Shown: piece after piece, positions 18,238-27,602 of the stretch
Numbering within the stretch: the first letter of the stretch is position 1
Layout: each line of letters opens with the position of its first letter
Origin: Candidatus Poribacteria bacterium
GTDB lineage: Bacteria; Poribacteria; WGA-4E; WGA-3G
Direction: 5' to 3'
Assembly: GCA_022819945.1 (NCBI GenBank)
Contig: JAJEGI010000021.1
Coordinates: forward strand, 9,310 to 73,309
DNA: 64,000 nt
Translations under genes and position numbers: made by a program
Notes under the pieces: generated by a model
What the model was told of the DNA's origin: nothing
Seen by the model: only the letters and a program-made list of their open reading frames with translations
Databases searched by the model: none

Positions 18238-18320
18238 AGTTGTCAGTTATCGGTTATCAGTTATCAGTTAAAGAGATAGTTGATAACGGCAAGGTCTTCT
18301 GATAAACTCCCAACTGATTG
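18238..18320. repeat. Heptamer (TCAGTTA-type) tandem repeat element
   Basis: agttgtcagttatcggttatcagttatcagtta ... ctgataa/aactgat. Confidence 0.65.
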
Positions 18321-18323
18321 TCT

Positions 18324-18445
18324 CCTTTTCAAGGTTGCCCTATTGTTCCTAACAAAATGGGACTTACGCAGCCCCCCTTGCAGGCGGGGTTTGAAACCCC
18401 GCCTGCAGCACTGCCTTTTCAAGATTGCCCTGTTGCCACTAACAA
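18324..18445. repeat. 32 bp imperfect direct repeats flanking a 29 bp palindrome
   Basis: ccttttcaagRttgccctRttgYYMctaacaa at 18324 and 18414; TGCAGGCGGGGTTT-g-AAACCCCGCCTGCA at 18379-18407. Confidence 0.75.
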
Positions 18446-18447
18446 GA

Positions 18448-19326
18448 TTAGGGGGTCCGTGGGATGCTGAAATTTAAGTCGCGATCTCTGCCGAGTAGGT
18501 AAGGGTTGTTATCGGGTTGAACTGCCTCAGATTCGGCGAGTGCCTCCGGTAGATCGACTGTTTCGCAACGGACATCAACTCTATCGGGGTAGACCAAGAC
18601 CTGCCGCCACGTCATCGGATAACAGATAATACCTGCGGAGATGATGCACAACATGCCTTGTTCCCTGAAGACACGGTTGAGATGCAAATGTCCACAAAAG
18701 AATGCCAGAATCTGTCTATCAAAAGGTGAAGTGATTTCAAGCACTTCCGCGGAGTTAGCGACCCTTGAACCGACTCCCTGAAATTCGACGCTTGGAAAAG
18801 GGAGTTGGTGTGAGAAGATGAAGACCTCTTCGTCGTAATCTCGCGCCCTTTTCAATTCACGTTCTGCCCATGCCAATTGATTGGTACTGATGTATCCATG
18901 CGTTAGATCTTTCGGTACTTCTTGTGAATCGAGGAGGATAAATCGAATGTTTTCGTGAACGAAGCTGAGAGACCCCATGTCGTTGATACCGAAGCGTGCT
19001 AAGTAGGCATCTTTGGAACCGGTCTCTGGGTGCAGATCGTGGTTGCCGGGGATATAATAGCACGGGGCGTTTATCCGCTTTCCGAGTTGTTCTGCGTTGT
19101 CAAGTGCGGCTTCGTATCCTTCTGCAGACATGTCAAAACTGTTCCCACCACACACGATATCGCCGCCGTGAATTACAAATGCGGGTTCAAAGGCGTTAAG
19201 TTGTTCAACTAACTTTTCATAGAGCGCGAGACTGTTTTTTTGCTGCTGCAGTCCACCGGCAAAGTTTCTCGGAGCATTTGGATAGAGGTGTGTATCCGTG
19301 ATAAAGGCAAATTTAAAAAGGATCAT
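18448..19326 (-). CDS. Calcineurin-like metallophosphoesterase
   Basis: TDTH, GGD, GNHD, SH, GHLH motifs. Confidence 0.9.
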   Translation of the reverse strand: MILFKFAFITDTHLYPNAPRNFAGGLQQQKNSLALYEKLVEQLNAFEPAFVIHGGDIVCGGNSFDMSAEGYEAALDNAEQLGKRINAPCYYIPGNHDLHPETGSKDAYLARFGINDMGSLSFVHENIRFILLDSQEVPKDLTHGYISTNQLAWAERELKRARDYDEEVFIFSHQLPFPSVEFQGVGSRVANSAEVLEITSPFDRQILAFFCGHLHLNRVFREQGMLCIISAGIICYPMTWRQVLVYPDRVDVRCETVDLPEALAESEAVQPDNNPYLLGRDRDLNFSIPRTP

Positions 19327-19370
19327 TGCATATCTCGCTTTTGAACAGAGTTGGAGGGCGTAGCTGCATT

Positions 19371-20114
19371 TCAGTGACACACACGTTTGGTTAAGATTGC
19401 GATATAAGTTGGTGTGTTGGTTGAATCGATATAGGATTCGACCTTCCACGGTGTGCTGTCAAGGATGTCTACCATTTCCTCTTTTGAAACAAATAGGTAG
19501 TCGAACCACGGCGTAGCGTATTGTTTGTACCGCACCCGCAGTTTTAGTTGGCCGCTCATCCTCCCTCTATCTCGGTTGAATTGATGATAGGCTAAGTGCC
19601 CGGGTTCCATTGTTTGATAGGGATCCATTGTTTCAGCGATAATTTTTGCGGTATCTGTTGTCATGGCAGTGAAACGTCTCAATAGCCACTTTGCTCTTTT
19701 ATAATTTCCAACGAGTCCGAAGTTGTGTCCCATCATCAGAATCGTATCAAACGTCCCGATTTTAGAGTTTAATTGTGTGATAGACGTGACGATAGTATTT
19801 TTAAGTCCACGCTGTTGACAGGTTTGGATGGCTAATGGCGAGTTGTCCGTGCCTAAGACATCAAACCCTTGTTCTTGGAGATAGAGTGCGTGCCGTCCTG
19901 CCCCACAACCGATATCCAAGATCCGTCCTGTGGTGTATGCTATAGCGCATTTTTGGTGATCAGCCCAATCTTCGTATTCGGCGAAATAGTTGCGAGTCCC
20001 CTGACGATTTGTATCAATAAGCCCGTCTTCTCTCTCCACAATTTCAATGTTTTCCTGACCGTTATGATAATCTGAAATCAGGTGTCCATAGGCATCTTGG
20101 TTGTCAGTTAGCAC
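19371..20114 (-). CDS. Class I SAM-dependent methyltransferase
   Basis: ILDIGCGAGRH. Confidence 0.88.
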   Translation of the reverse strand: MLTDNQDAYGHLISDYHNGQENIEIVEREDGLIDTNRQGTRNYFAEYEDWADHQKCAIAYTTGRILDIGCGAGRHALYLQEQGFDVLGTDNSPLAIQTCQQRGLKNTIVTSITQLNSKIGTFDTILMMGHNFGLVGNYKRAKWLLRRFTAMTTDTAKIIAETMDPYQTMEPGHLAYHQFNRDRGRMSGQLKLRVRYKQYATPWFDYLFVSKEEMVDILDSTPWKVESYIDSTNTPTYIAILTKRVCH

Positions 20115-20115
20115 T

Positions 20116-21468
20116 TTACTTTTCCTTGGTATAACCGGTTGTTCCGTTCGGGTTGACCCATTCGGTTTCCCAGTGTGTTTCGATGCCTTCGCGCCATGTT
20201 TGTGCTGCGTTTGTCAGTTCAGTGGTAAGTTCGGGGTGCGCGTCTTTCAAATTTTCCGTTTCACCCATATCGGTTTCGAGATCCGCGAGATGTATATCGT
20301 CTTCTGGCGGTGCCCCTTCTACGAGTTGACCGTTGAGCACCAGTTTCCAGTTGCCACGACGTACAGCGGTCTGTTTGCCCATCTCCCAGTAGATGTCGCG
20401 ATGCGGTATAAGTTCACCGTTTGCTACCGTGGGTAGGATGTCGAGTCCATCGAGTTCATACTCAGACAGATCTCCACCTGCTGCGGCGAGAAAGGTGGGG
20501 AAAACATCCATCGCTGCGCCGACTTCATTGATTACTTGTCCTGCAGGGATTCGCTGGGGCCAGTTCATAATGCCGGGTGAACGGATACCACCTTCGTAGA
20601 GACTGAATTTATGCCCTTTCAGTTTACCAGCCGTGCCGCCGTAGTAGGGGTCTTGTGTGCCGTCCAACCAGTTTCGGGTTTCACGCGAGGGACCGTTGTC
20701 GCTCTGGAAGTAGGAGAACGTATTTTCCGCGAGTCCGAGTCTTTCTAATTCGGCAAAAATTTCGCCGACGCTATCATCAACGGCACTGAGCATCGCTGCC
20801 ATAATCTGCCTATCCCACGGCAAGTTCGGGAACCGATCCACGTATTTTTGCGGTGCGTGCATCGGATAGTGTGGCGCGTTGTAAGGGACGTATAGGAAGA
20901 AAGGTTTGCCGAGTTCAACGGATTTTCGGATGTATTTGATGGCGTATTCGGTAATGAGTTCGGTGAAGTATTCGCCGTTTCGGTAAATCTCTTCGCCGTT
21001 TTCCCAGAGATCGTGTGTTTGGTCGATGCCGGGTTGTCCTAAAGCCCAGTAGAAGATGTGTGAAAAGAAGTCGATGCATCCAGCCATGAACCCGAACCAA
21101 TCGTCGAACCCGTGATGTTCAGGACGTGAACCTTCGGCGAGTCCGAGATGCCATTTCCCGGACATTGCGGTGTAATAGCCGTGTTCTTTAAGTGCTGTTG
21201 CGAGTGTAGGTACAGAAGGTGGTAATCCTGTGGCGGTGCGATGTCCTGCTAAAATGGAGCGGACACCGGCGTGACATGGGTATCGTCCTGTCAGGAGTGC
21301 TGCACGTGAAGGGGAGCAGACAGGTGAATTTGAGTACCAGTCCGTGAAGCGGGCACCTTCGGCTGCCATTCTGTCAAGATGCGGCGTTTTGAAATCGGTC
21401 GCGCCCATACAAGACAGGTCGCCGTAGCCTTGGTCGTCTGTTAGGAAAACAATAAAATTCGGTTGCAT
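20116..21468 (-). CDS. Cys-type sulfatase
   Basis: PNFIVFLTDDQGY, CSPSRAALLTGR, GKWHLG, SDNG. Confidence 0.95.
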   Translation of the reverse strand: MQPNFIVFLTDDQGYGDLSCMGATDFKTPHLDRMAAEGARFTDWYSNSPVCSPSRAALLTGRYPCHAGVRSILAGHRTATGLPPSVPTLATALKEHGYYTAMSGKWHLGLAEGSRPEHHGFDDWFGFMAGCIDFFSHIFYWALGQPGIDQTHDLWENGEEIYRNGEYFTELITEYAIKYIRKSVELGKPFFLYVPYNAPHYPMHAPQKYVDRFPNLPWDRQIMAAMLSAVDDSVGEIFAELERLGLAENTFSYFQSDNGPSRETRNWLDGTQDPYYGGTAGKLKGHKFSLYEGGIRSPGIMNWPQRIPAGQVINEVGAAMDVFPTFLAAAGGDLSEYELDGLDILPTVANGELIPHRDIYWEMGKQTAVRRGNWKLVLNGQLVEGAPPEDDIHLADLETDMGETENLKDAHPELTTELTNAAQTWREGIETHWETEWVNPNGTTGYTKEK

Positions 21469-21488
21469 GCTTTTACTTCTCCATCGTG

Positions 21489-23027
21489 TTATTTTTCCCA
21501 GAAGCTCCGGTCTAAGCTCCGGTATTGTATGGCTTCAGAGACGTGAACGGCTTCTATATTCGGGTTTCGGTCTAAGTCTGCGATGGTGCGTGCTACCTTC
21601 AGAATCCGATCGTAAGCACGTGCGCTTAATCCGAGTTGGTTGATAGCGACCCGGAGCAGGTCTTGTGCCTGATCGTCAACTTTGCAATACTCCCGAATCT
21701 GTTTTGACTCCATGGTTGCGTTGGCGTGTATTGTCGTGTCTGCGAAACGTTGCTGTTGGACCTGACGTGCTGCCTCGACACGTTCTTGGACCTGTGCTGA
21801 CGGTTCACCGGTTATTTCGGCAGAGAGTTCGGCGTATTTCACTGCTGGCACTTCGACTTGGATGTCAATTCTATCTAATAAAGGGCCGGAGATACGGGAG
21901 ACATAGTTCTGAATTTGGTTAGGCGTGCATTTACAATCTCGGTTTGGGTCGCTGAAAAATCCGCAAGGGCAAGGATTCATCGCTGCAACGAGCATAAAAT
22001 TTGCGGGATACGTGAGTGATGCTGCTGCGCGGGAGATGGTTACCCGTCGGTCTTCAAGGGGTTGCCGCATGACTTCAAGAACATTCCGGCGGAATTCGGG
22101 GAGTTCGTCTAAAAAGAGGACACCGTTGTGTGCGAGGCTGACTTCACCCGGACGCGGCACGTTGCCACCACCGATTAAACCCGCGTCTGAAATGGTATGG
22201 TGTGGTGAACGATAGGGGCGCGTTACGACGAGCGGTGTATCGCTCGGTAGGATACCGATGATACTTTGGATCTTTGTCGTTTCTAAGGACTCGTCCATTG
22301 AGAGTCTTGGCAGGATTGATGGGATTCGCTTCGCGATCATTGTCTTACCTGAACCGGGCGGTCCAATCATAATCAGGTTATGTCCACCTGCGGCAGCCAC
22401 CTCAATAGCACGTTTGACGTGCTCCTGCCCTTTTACATCAAGTAGGTCAATGTGTGTTTCTGAATGCTCGGTATGTGTGTCGGCGTTGCGTGTATGTGGT
22501 TCTGGTGCTATCTCTTTTTCCGAATTGAGGAATGCGGCAGCCTCCGATAAACTCGCGACCGGATAGACGTTCACACCCTCTACGATTGCTGCTTCTTTAG
22601 CATTTTCGGCAGGTAAGATGAGATCTTTTATTCCGTTCTCTTTCGCAGCGATGGCTATTGGAAGCCCACCTTGTATGCCTCGAATGTTTCCATCAAGGGC
22701 AAGTTCGCCCAAAATCATGGCGTTTTCGAGCCTCGTAGGATCTACTTGATTAGTAGCAGCCATAACGCCGATTGCAATCGGAAGGTCAAATGCCGAGCCT
22801 GCTTTTCGGATGTCCGCAGGTGCAAGATTTGCTGTGATTCGGGTCTGTGGGAAATAGAAACCGGAGTTCTTGATGGCTGCGGTAACCCGATCTCTGCTTT
22901 CTTTGATTGCGCTGTCCGGTAAACCGACAGTACTGAAGGCGGGGAGTCCTCCGGCGACATCGACTTCAACTTTTACGATATAGGCATCAATTCCGAGCAA
23001 TGCGCTGCTTAGGACTGTTGCGAGCAT
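21489..23027 (-). CDS. comM: YifB/ComM Mg-chelatase-like AAA ATPase
   Basis: [51 protein letters not shown]. Confidence 0.93.
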   Translation of the reverse strand: MLATVLSSALLGIDAYIVKVEVDVAGGLPAFSTVGLPDSAIKESRDRVTAAIKNSGFYFPQTRITANLAPADIRKAGSAFDLPIAIGVMAATNQVDPTRLENAMILGELALDGNIRGIQGGLPIAIAAKENGIKDLILPAENAKEAAIVEGVNVYPVASLSEAAAFLNSEKEIAPEPHTRNADTHTEHSETHIDLLDVKGQEHVKRAIEVAAAGGHNLIMIGPPGSGKTMIAKRIPSILPRLSMDESLETTKIQSIIGILPSDTPLVVTRPYRSPHHTISDAGLIGGGNVPRPGEVSLAHNGVLFLDELPEFRRNVLEVMRQPLEDRRVTISRAAASLTYPANFMLVAAMNPCPCGFFSDPNRDCKCTPNQIQNYVSRISGPLLDRIDIQVEVPAVKYAELSAEITGEPSAQVQERVEAARQVQQQRFADTTIHANATMESKQIREYCKVDDQAQDLLRVAINQLGLSARAYDRILKVARTIADLDRNPNIEAVHVSEAIQYRSLDRSFWEK

Positions 23028-23133
23028 ACAGATGTTCCTTCCGATTTATTTAAAAAGCATTCAGTTCTCAGTTATGGGTTATCAGTTGTCAGCAGCCAGC
23101 ACCTGCTATGATTTCACAACTGAATCGTTCTGG

Positions 23134-24144
23134 CTAACTGGTATCTCCTGTGAGTTTGTGTAATATTTGTAACTGTCTCTGATTTGCTATGACTAATAGG
23201 GCATCACCGGCTTGGGTTCTCTTATCTTCAGGCGGATTATAGAGGAATGTCCCATCATTATCCCGGATTGCGACGACAACCAATCCCGTATGTTCTTGGA
23301 TATTAGCGGTTTTGAGAGAAATCCCGTCCAATGTGGAATTTCGCTGGATAATGGATTCAGCAAAATGGGTTTCGTGCTGATTTTGCGTGATATTTTCCAG
23401 AAACTCTACGAGGTGTGGGTAGAGTATGCTTGACGCGAGACGAATACCACCAATGTGATCTGGCAGTACGACTTCATCTGCGCCGGCAGTAACGAGTTTC
23501 CCGGGCGAATTATCTTCAACGGCTTTGGAGGCTATTTGTAGGTGTGGATTTAATTTTCTCGCGGAGATTACGACAAACAGGTTGTCTTGATCGCGGCTGA
23601 GACAAGTGACAAGTCCGCGTGCGCGCGTGATACCTCCGCGCGTGAGCAGTTCGTCATCAGTCGCGTCGCCGTGAAGGTACGGAAAGTCTCGTGTGTCAGA
23701 GAGGTGGATAAGCCGTTCTTCATCGAATTCAATACCGACAAAATCGACATCTGCCTTCAACATTTCGTCGAGTACATGGACACCGGTATCGCCGAGTCCG
23801 CAAATGATATAGTGGTTGGATAATTTATCGACAGTTCGGACCATTTTTTGTTGTCGGAAAAAACTTTGTAATTGCCCTTCGATCAGAAAGGCGGTAGCGA
23901 CAGTGACGCTATAGGTGAACACTCCGATGCCCCCGACGAGAAGGAGTATCGTGAAAATGCGTCCGTTGTCGCTCATTTCGAGATCGTCATGCCCTGCGGT
24001 TGTCAAGGTAATGACAGTCATATAGACTGCGTCCAGAAGATGCCACCCGCCATCTTTTTCAAGTACCAAGTAACCGACTGTTCCGGTCACGAGCAAACTG
24101 ATAAGCATTGCGAGAGCAATTATAATCTTGCGTTGGTAATTCAT
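23134..24144 (-). CDS. 2-TM potassium channel family protein with RCK (TrkA-N/C) domains
   Basis: Pore helix AVYMTVITLTTAG, IICGLG, GDAT, C-terminal TrkA-C. Confidence 0.88.
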   Translation of the reverse strand: MNYQRKIIIALAMLISLLVTGTVGYLVLEKDGGWHLLDAVYMTVITLTTAGHDDLEMSDNGRIFTILLLVGGIGVFTYSVTVATAFLIEGQLQSFFRQQKMVRTVDKLSNHYIICGLGDTGVHVLDEMLKADVDFVGIEFDEERLIHLSDTRDFPYLHGDATDDELLTRGGITRARGLVTCLSRDQDNLFVVISARKLNPHLQIASKAVEDNSPGKLVTAGADEVVLPDHIGGIRLASSILYPHLVEFLENITQNQHETHFAESIIQRNSTLDGISLKTANIQEHTGLVVVAIRDNDGTFLYNPPEDKRTQAGDALLVIANQRQLQILHKLTGDTS

Positions 24145-24215
24145 TCTCCTATTCACGGTGGTGCGCTTAGAGAATACCAAGACACCTGCTGGAAATTGTT
24201 ATAGTTATTCCTATT

Positions 24216-25271
24216 TTAATGCCGTTTTTTAGCAAGCCGTTTAACGGCTGGATTTGGATCATGTCGTGCAATGTCAAAAAGGTCTTGATGTTCAATTCTA
24301 TCAAGTGTCGGCAAAAGTCTTGCGACTTCCATGCGTACACAGGCAGCGGGATCTTTAAGCCCGCGTTCAAACCAACGCTCTGTATCATCTGGGGCATGTT
24401 TCGCAAGTGCTGCGAGCGCGCCAGCACGGATACGTCTGTTTGTCGATTCGGCGTACGGCAAAATCGGAGCCGTATATCCGTCATCACAACGGCACATAAT
24501 TCGCAAAGCGTTGCATACGACATCTACCGATTCGTCTTCAAGATGTAGCACGCACCAATCAAAAAGTTCTTCCGTTCCAACTTTTTCAAGGAATTGGAGT
24601 CCTCGCATCCGCCGTTTAGGATTTCCCTCAGAAATATCTGCGATCGCTTTAGCGTGTCGTATATCCACTTTCGAGGCCTGGTGCGGTGCTGCTTGTGTAT
24701 CGGTGTGCAGCACACGGACTGCAATCGTATCATTCTGAAGATGTTGGATAGGGAGTCCTTCAGGGCTGAACGGGATTTTGTCAAAGAATGCGGGTAGCCA
24801 TTGCCTGCCTTTTTCAAAAAATTCTTGCCGACTGATCCGATTTCCTGTGCCTGATTTCATCCGGTTATTCATCCAGTGTGCCAACTTCACGATGCCCCAG
24901 TGGTTTCGGCTCACGCCGTTGTGCGCGTAAAGCCCGAGTTGGTGATTAACCCATTGGGAGAGTGCGACTGGGCACGCTAACAACTCAAAAACGTTAGACT
25001 GTAGGAGTTGAACAGACAACCGTGTGTGAATCGCGACGACACCGCCCCGTGCGTGAATTTTACCGTTACCGAGGGACGTACGCAGTTTTTCAATCTCCAA
25101 CTCGGTTTTCAGGACAATAGGTTTCCTATGTTTTCGGCGTGCCTTTTGTTCGGCGCGGTTTTTCGCATAGTTCCAATTTGTTGTGAACCAGACCGCGCCG
25201 CCGCGTGGGCGGAACCCATTTTCAATAATGCCTCTTGCACTACTTAGCGTCGTGCCGTGATAGAATTCCAT
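24216..25271 (-). CDS. ADP-ribosyltransferase-like N-terminal domain fused to HEAT repeats
   Basis: FYHGT...IIENGF...VWFTT...YA; C-terminal DESVDVV, STNRRIR, DPAACVR, DPNPAVK repeats. Confidence 0.65.
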   Translation of the reverse strand: MEFYHGTTLSSARGIIENGFRPRGGAVWFTTNWNYAKNRAEQKARRKHRKPIVLKTELEIEKLRTSLGNGKIHARGGVVAIHTRLSVQLLQSNVFELLACPVALSQWVNHQLGLYAHNGVSRNHWGIVKLAHWMNNRMKSGTGNRISRQEFFEKGRQWLPAFFDKIPFSPEGLPIQHLQNDTIAVRVLHTDTQAAPHQASKVDIRHAKAIADISEGNPKRRMRGLQFLEKVGTEELFDWCVLHLEDESVDVVCNALRIMCRCDDGYTAPILPYAESTNRRIRAGALAALAKHAPDDTERWFERGLKDPAACVRMEVARLLPTLDRIEHQDLFDIARHDPNPAVKRLAKKRH

Positions 25272-25379
25272 AAATGGTTCTCCTCGAAAGTTTAACGGAG
25301 TTAACCCCATTTGTGGCAGATAATTCACGAAAATCGGCGGTATTCAGATTTATGATACGCGGTTGCCGTGTTTCAGTCC

Positions 25380-25790
25380 TTATTGTGCCTCCGACTCGGA
25401 ACCATTCTCGGTGTCATCCGTAGATGCCTCTGCTGCAGTTTCGCCAGTTGGGGCCTCTTCTTCAGTTGTAGTTTCTTCAACTGCTGTTTCCGCTTCTGCT
25501 GCTTGCTGCGTATTGATAACACGGACGTAGCTCATTCTAAGTTCGTAGAGCGTATTCGCAAGAAAATTGGCTTCGGGGGCGGTGAGGTTCCCTTTGGTTT
25601 TCTCCTCAAGCATCTCAATAGTATCAATAATATGTTTCACAAGCGGGAGGTTTATAACGACCTCCTCTGTTTCAGGGTTAGGGATCCCCTCTAAATAGAG
25701 CCGTCCGGTTTCTACAAGGTTCGCAAGGTAGCTAATAAAATCGACAGCCGGAAGTTGCTGTGTTTCTTCTTGAGCGGTGGTTTCTTCCAT
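25380..25790 (-). CDS. DUF1844 family protein
   Basis: LEGIPNP, IDTIEMLEEKTKGNL, LYELRMSYV. Confidence 0.8.
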   Translation of the reverse strand: MEETTAQEETQQLPAVDFISYLANLVETGRLYLEGIPNPETEEVVINLPLVKHIIDTIEMLEEKTKGNLTAPEANFLANTLYELRMSYVRVINTQQAAEAETAVEETTTEEEAPTGETAAEASTDDTENGSESEAQ

Positions 25791-25861
25791 ATATTGCGTA
25801 CTCCTGATTCTAATTCGCCCAATGTATAATTATAATAGCGTATGTTGTCAAAAAGTTTCTG

Positions 25862-26233
25862 CTATTCATCATCAAAAATGATGATTTGTGCGAGTAAACT
25901 GCCTGCTTGATTATTATTTTGCGGATTTTCGTTCATAGCGAGAAAGATAACACCGTCAGCAGGTGCCGGGTTGTCGTAGCGCGAACCGACAGCGAAAACG
26001 GTATTCCCGATCTTCGCGATGAGTGCGCCGATATTAGTACCCGGGAGTAGATAGTCGCTGGAGCCTGGGGTCTTCGGGACACCATCAGCCCCGCACCATC
26101 CGGTCCGGTTTTGTAAATCTGGTGACCAAGCCCCTTCTCCATCAATAACGAGACGTTGTCCTTTTTTCACACGCACGTAGCTTTCCTGCCAAACAGGACT
26201 CGGGCGCGCCGTACGAATAACAGTTAATGCCAT
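25862..26233 (-). CDS. LecA/PA-IL-like lectin domain protein
   Basis: GGAGG RBS before MALT; GALIAKIGN and LAMNENPQNNNQAGS resemble PA-IL GALVMKIGN and LIYNDVPGTYGNNSGS. Confidence 0.6.
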   Translation of the reverse strand: MALTVIRTARPSPVWQESYVRVKKGQRLVIDGEGAWSPDLQNRTGWCGADGVPKTPGSSDYLLPGTNIGALIAKIGNTVFAVGSRYDNPAPADGVIFLAMNENPQNNNQAGSLLAQIIIFDDE

Positions 26234-26249
26234 ATATGCCTCCATTTTA

Positions 26250-26400
26250 GTAGTTATAAGTTGTTGGTTATAAGTTATAAGTCTGGCTTGTGCTTTATCA
26301 ACGGTTTCTTGTGGATACCGCGACCGCAATTTAGTAATGGCAGTTACAAGGATGCGTTGATAATATCCGAAGGTGACTTATAACTTATAACTTATAGTTA
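26250..26400. repeat. About 150 bp element bounded by inverted TTATAAG/CTTATAA heptamer arrays
   Basis: Left gttataagttgttggttataagttataagtctgg; right gacttataacttataacttatag. Confidence 0.75.
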
Positions 26401-27000
26401 TTCCTTGCTTCGGATGGTAATGTTCGTAATTACGTCATCTACAACAATGCTGTCAACGACATCCATTCCACTGATGACGTTCCCGAAGATGGTGTATTCA
26501 CTATCAAGGATTGTGCTGTCTCGGCAGATAAAGAATTCGGAGGCGTACGAAACGCTGGTGCCTTCTTCTTTTGCCATAGCGACAACGCCTCTCGACATCT
26601 CTTTCGCGCCATTCTCAATAGGGAGTGTATCTCCAGCGGCAAGTTTTGAACCTGCCTGGATGAGAAGTTCTTCTGCGCGATTAAATTTTTCACCTTTGTA
26701 GTACATCACCTGCGCGTTTTTGATGAAATTCTTAGAAGTTTCAGGTGCTTCGGTTGCGAGAAATTCAAATTCAATGGTACCTTTTGCCGTTTCAATAACG
26801 GCTACTGCGGTTGCGGGGTCAATCTGTGGTTTTGCTGAGGTTAAAGTTGTACCTGTACCGGTGCGGCGTGCGCGTGGGGCAGGGGCTTGCTTCTCCTCTT
26901 GTGCGCAGCTCAGCACGAAAGTGGCAAACAGCGTTGCCAAGACTAAAAGTGCTGCGGATGCGAACTGTCGGTGCTGCTTATTCTGGTGTTGCCTTAACAT
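26398..27000 (-). CDS. Divergent cyclophilin-like lipoprotein
   Basis: Lipobox VLSC; APETSKNF, IQAG, GVVAMA, EFFI, YTIFGNVISGMDVVD. Confidence 0.85.
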   Translation of the reverse strand: MLRQHQNKQHRQFASAALLVLATLFATFVLSCAQEEKQAPAPRARRTGTGTTLTSAKPQIDPATAVAVIETAKGTIEFEFLATEAPETSKNFIKNAQVMYYKGEKFNRAEELLIQAGSKLAAGDTLPIENGAKEMSRGVVAMAKEEGTSVSYASEFFICRDSTILDSEYTIFGNVISGMDVVDSIVVDDVITNITIRSKE

Positions 27001-27580
27001 ATTTTGACTTCGCCTCCAATCGGATTTTTGTCATGACATCGCCTACCTGTAAGCGATCGACGACATCCATACCTTGAATGACACCCCCGAAGGTGGTGTA
27101 ACTGCCGTCAAGGGTGGGTTGGGGTTTGAAGCAAATGTAGAATTGGCTCCCGGATGAGTTCGGTGCCGGTGTCCGCGCCATCGCCACTGTACCTCTAAGG
27201 TGTGGACGCTGATTCGGATTCGTGTATTCGTCAGTAATTGTCCAACCAGGACCGCCTGTTCCATCGCCATTTGGACACCCGCCCTGAACAACGAATTCGT
27301 CAACTCTGCGATGAAATGTTAAGCCGTCGTAAAACTTCTGGTTGATCAATTTGATGAAATTATCTACTGCCACTGGGGCAGCGTCGGGATAGAACTCAAT
27401 TACGACTATACCTTTATCGGTTGTGACGACTGCGACTTGCTCTTCAGGCGTTAGGTTTTGACTAAAGGGCAGCGCGCAGCCGATAGTTAGGGTTAACAAT
27501 AGAAGAAGAAACGTTGGACTTTTGTATAGCAGGTTTTGGTAACCTGTGAGTTGTGGAAAAAGATAACGAGTCGTTCTCAT
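26978..27580 (-). CDS. Cyclophilin-type peptidylprolyl isomerase lipoprotein
   Basis: FYDGLTFHR, VQGGCP, GTVAMA, SGSQFYI, YTTFG. Confidence 0.93.
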   Translation of the reverse strand: MRTTRYLFPQLTGYQNLLYKSPTFLLLLLTLTIGCALPFSQNLTPEEQVAVVTTDKGIVVIEFYPDAAPVAVDNFIKLINQKFYDGLTFHRRVDEFVVQGGCPNGDGTGGPGWTITDEYTNPNQRPHLRGTVAMARTPAPNSSGSQFYICFKPQPTLDGSYTTFGGVIQGMDVVDRLQVGDVMTKIRLEAKSKYVKATPE

Positions 27581-27602
27581 CAATTTTCCTTTGCTGTGTC
27601 GG

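Noticed and set aside
18324-18445. Two 32 bp direct repeats as a mini-CRISPR
   Set aside because: Only two imperfect copies, and the 58 bp interval is itself a palindromic repeat.
21489-23027. comM as an integration hotspot
   Set aside because: The gene is intact and no integrase is nearby.
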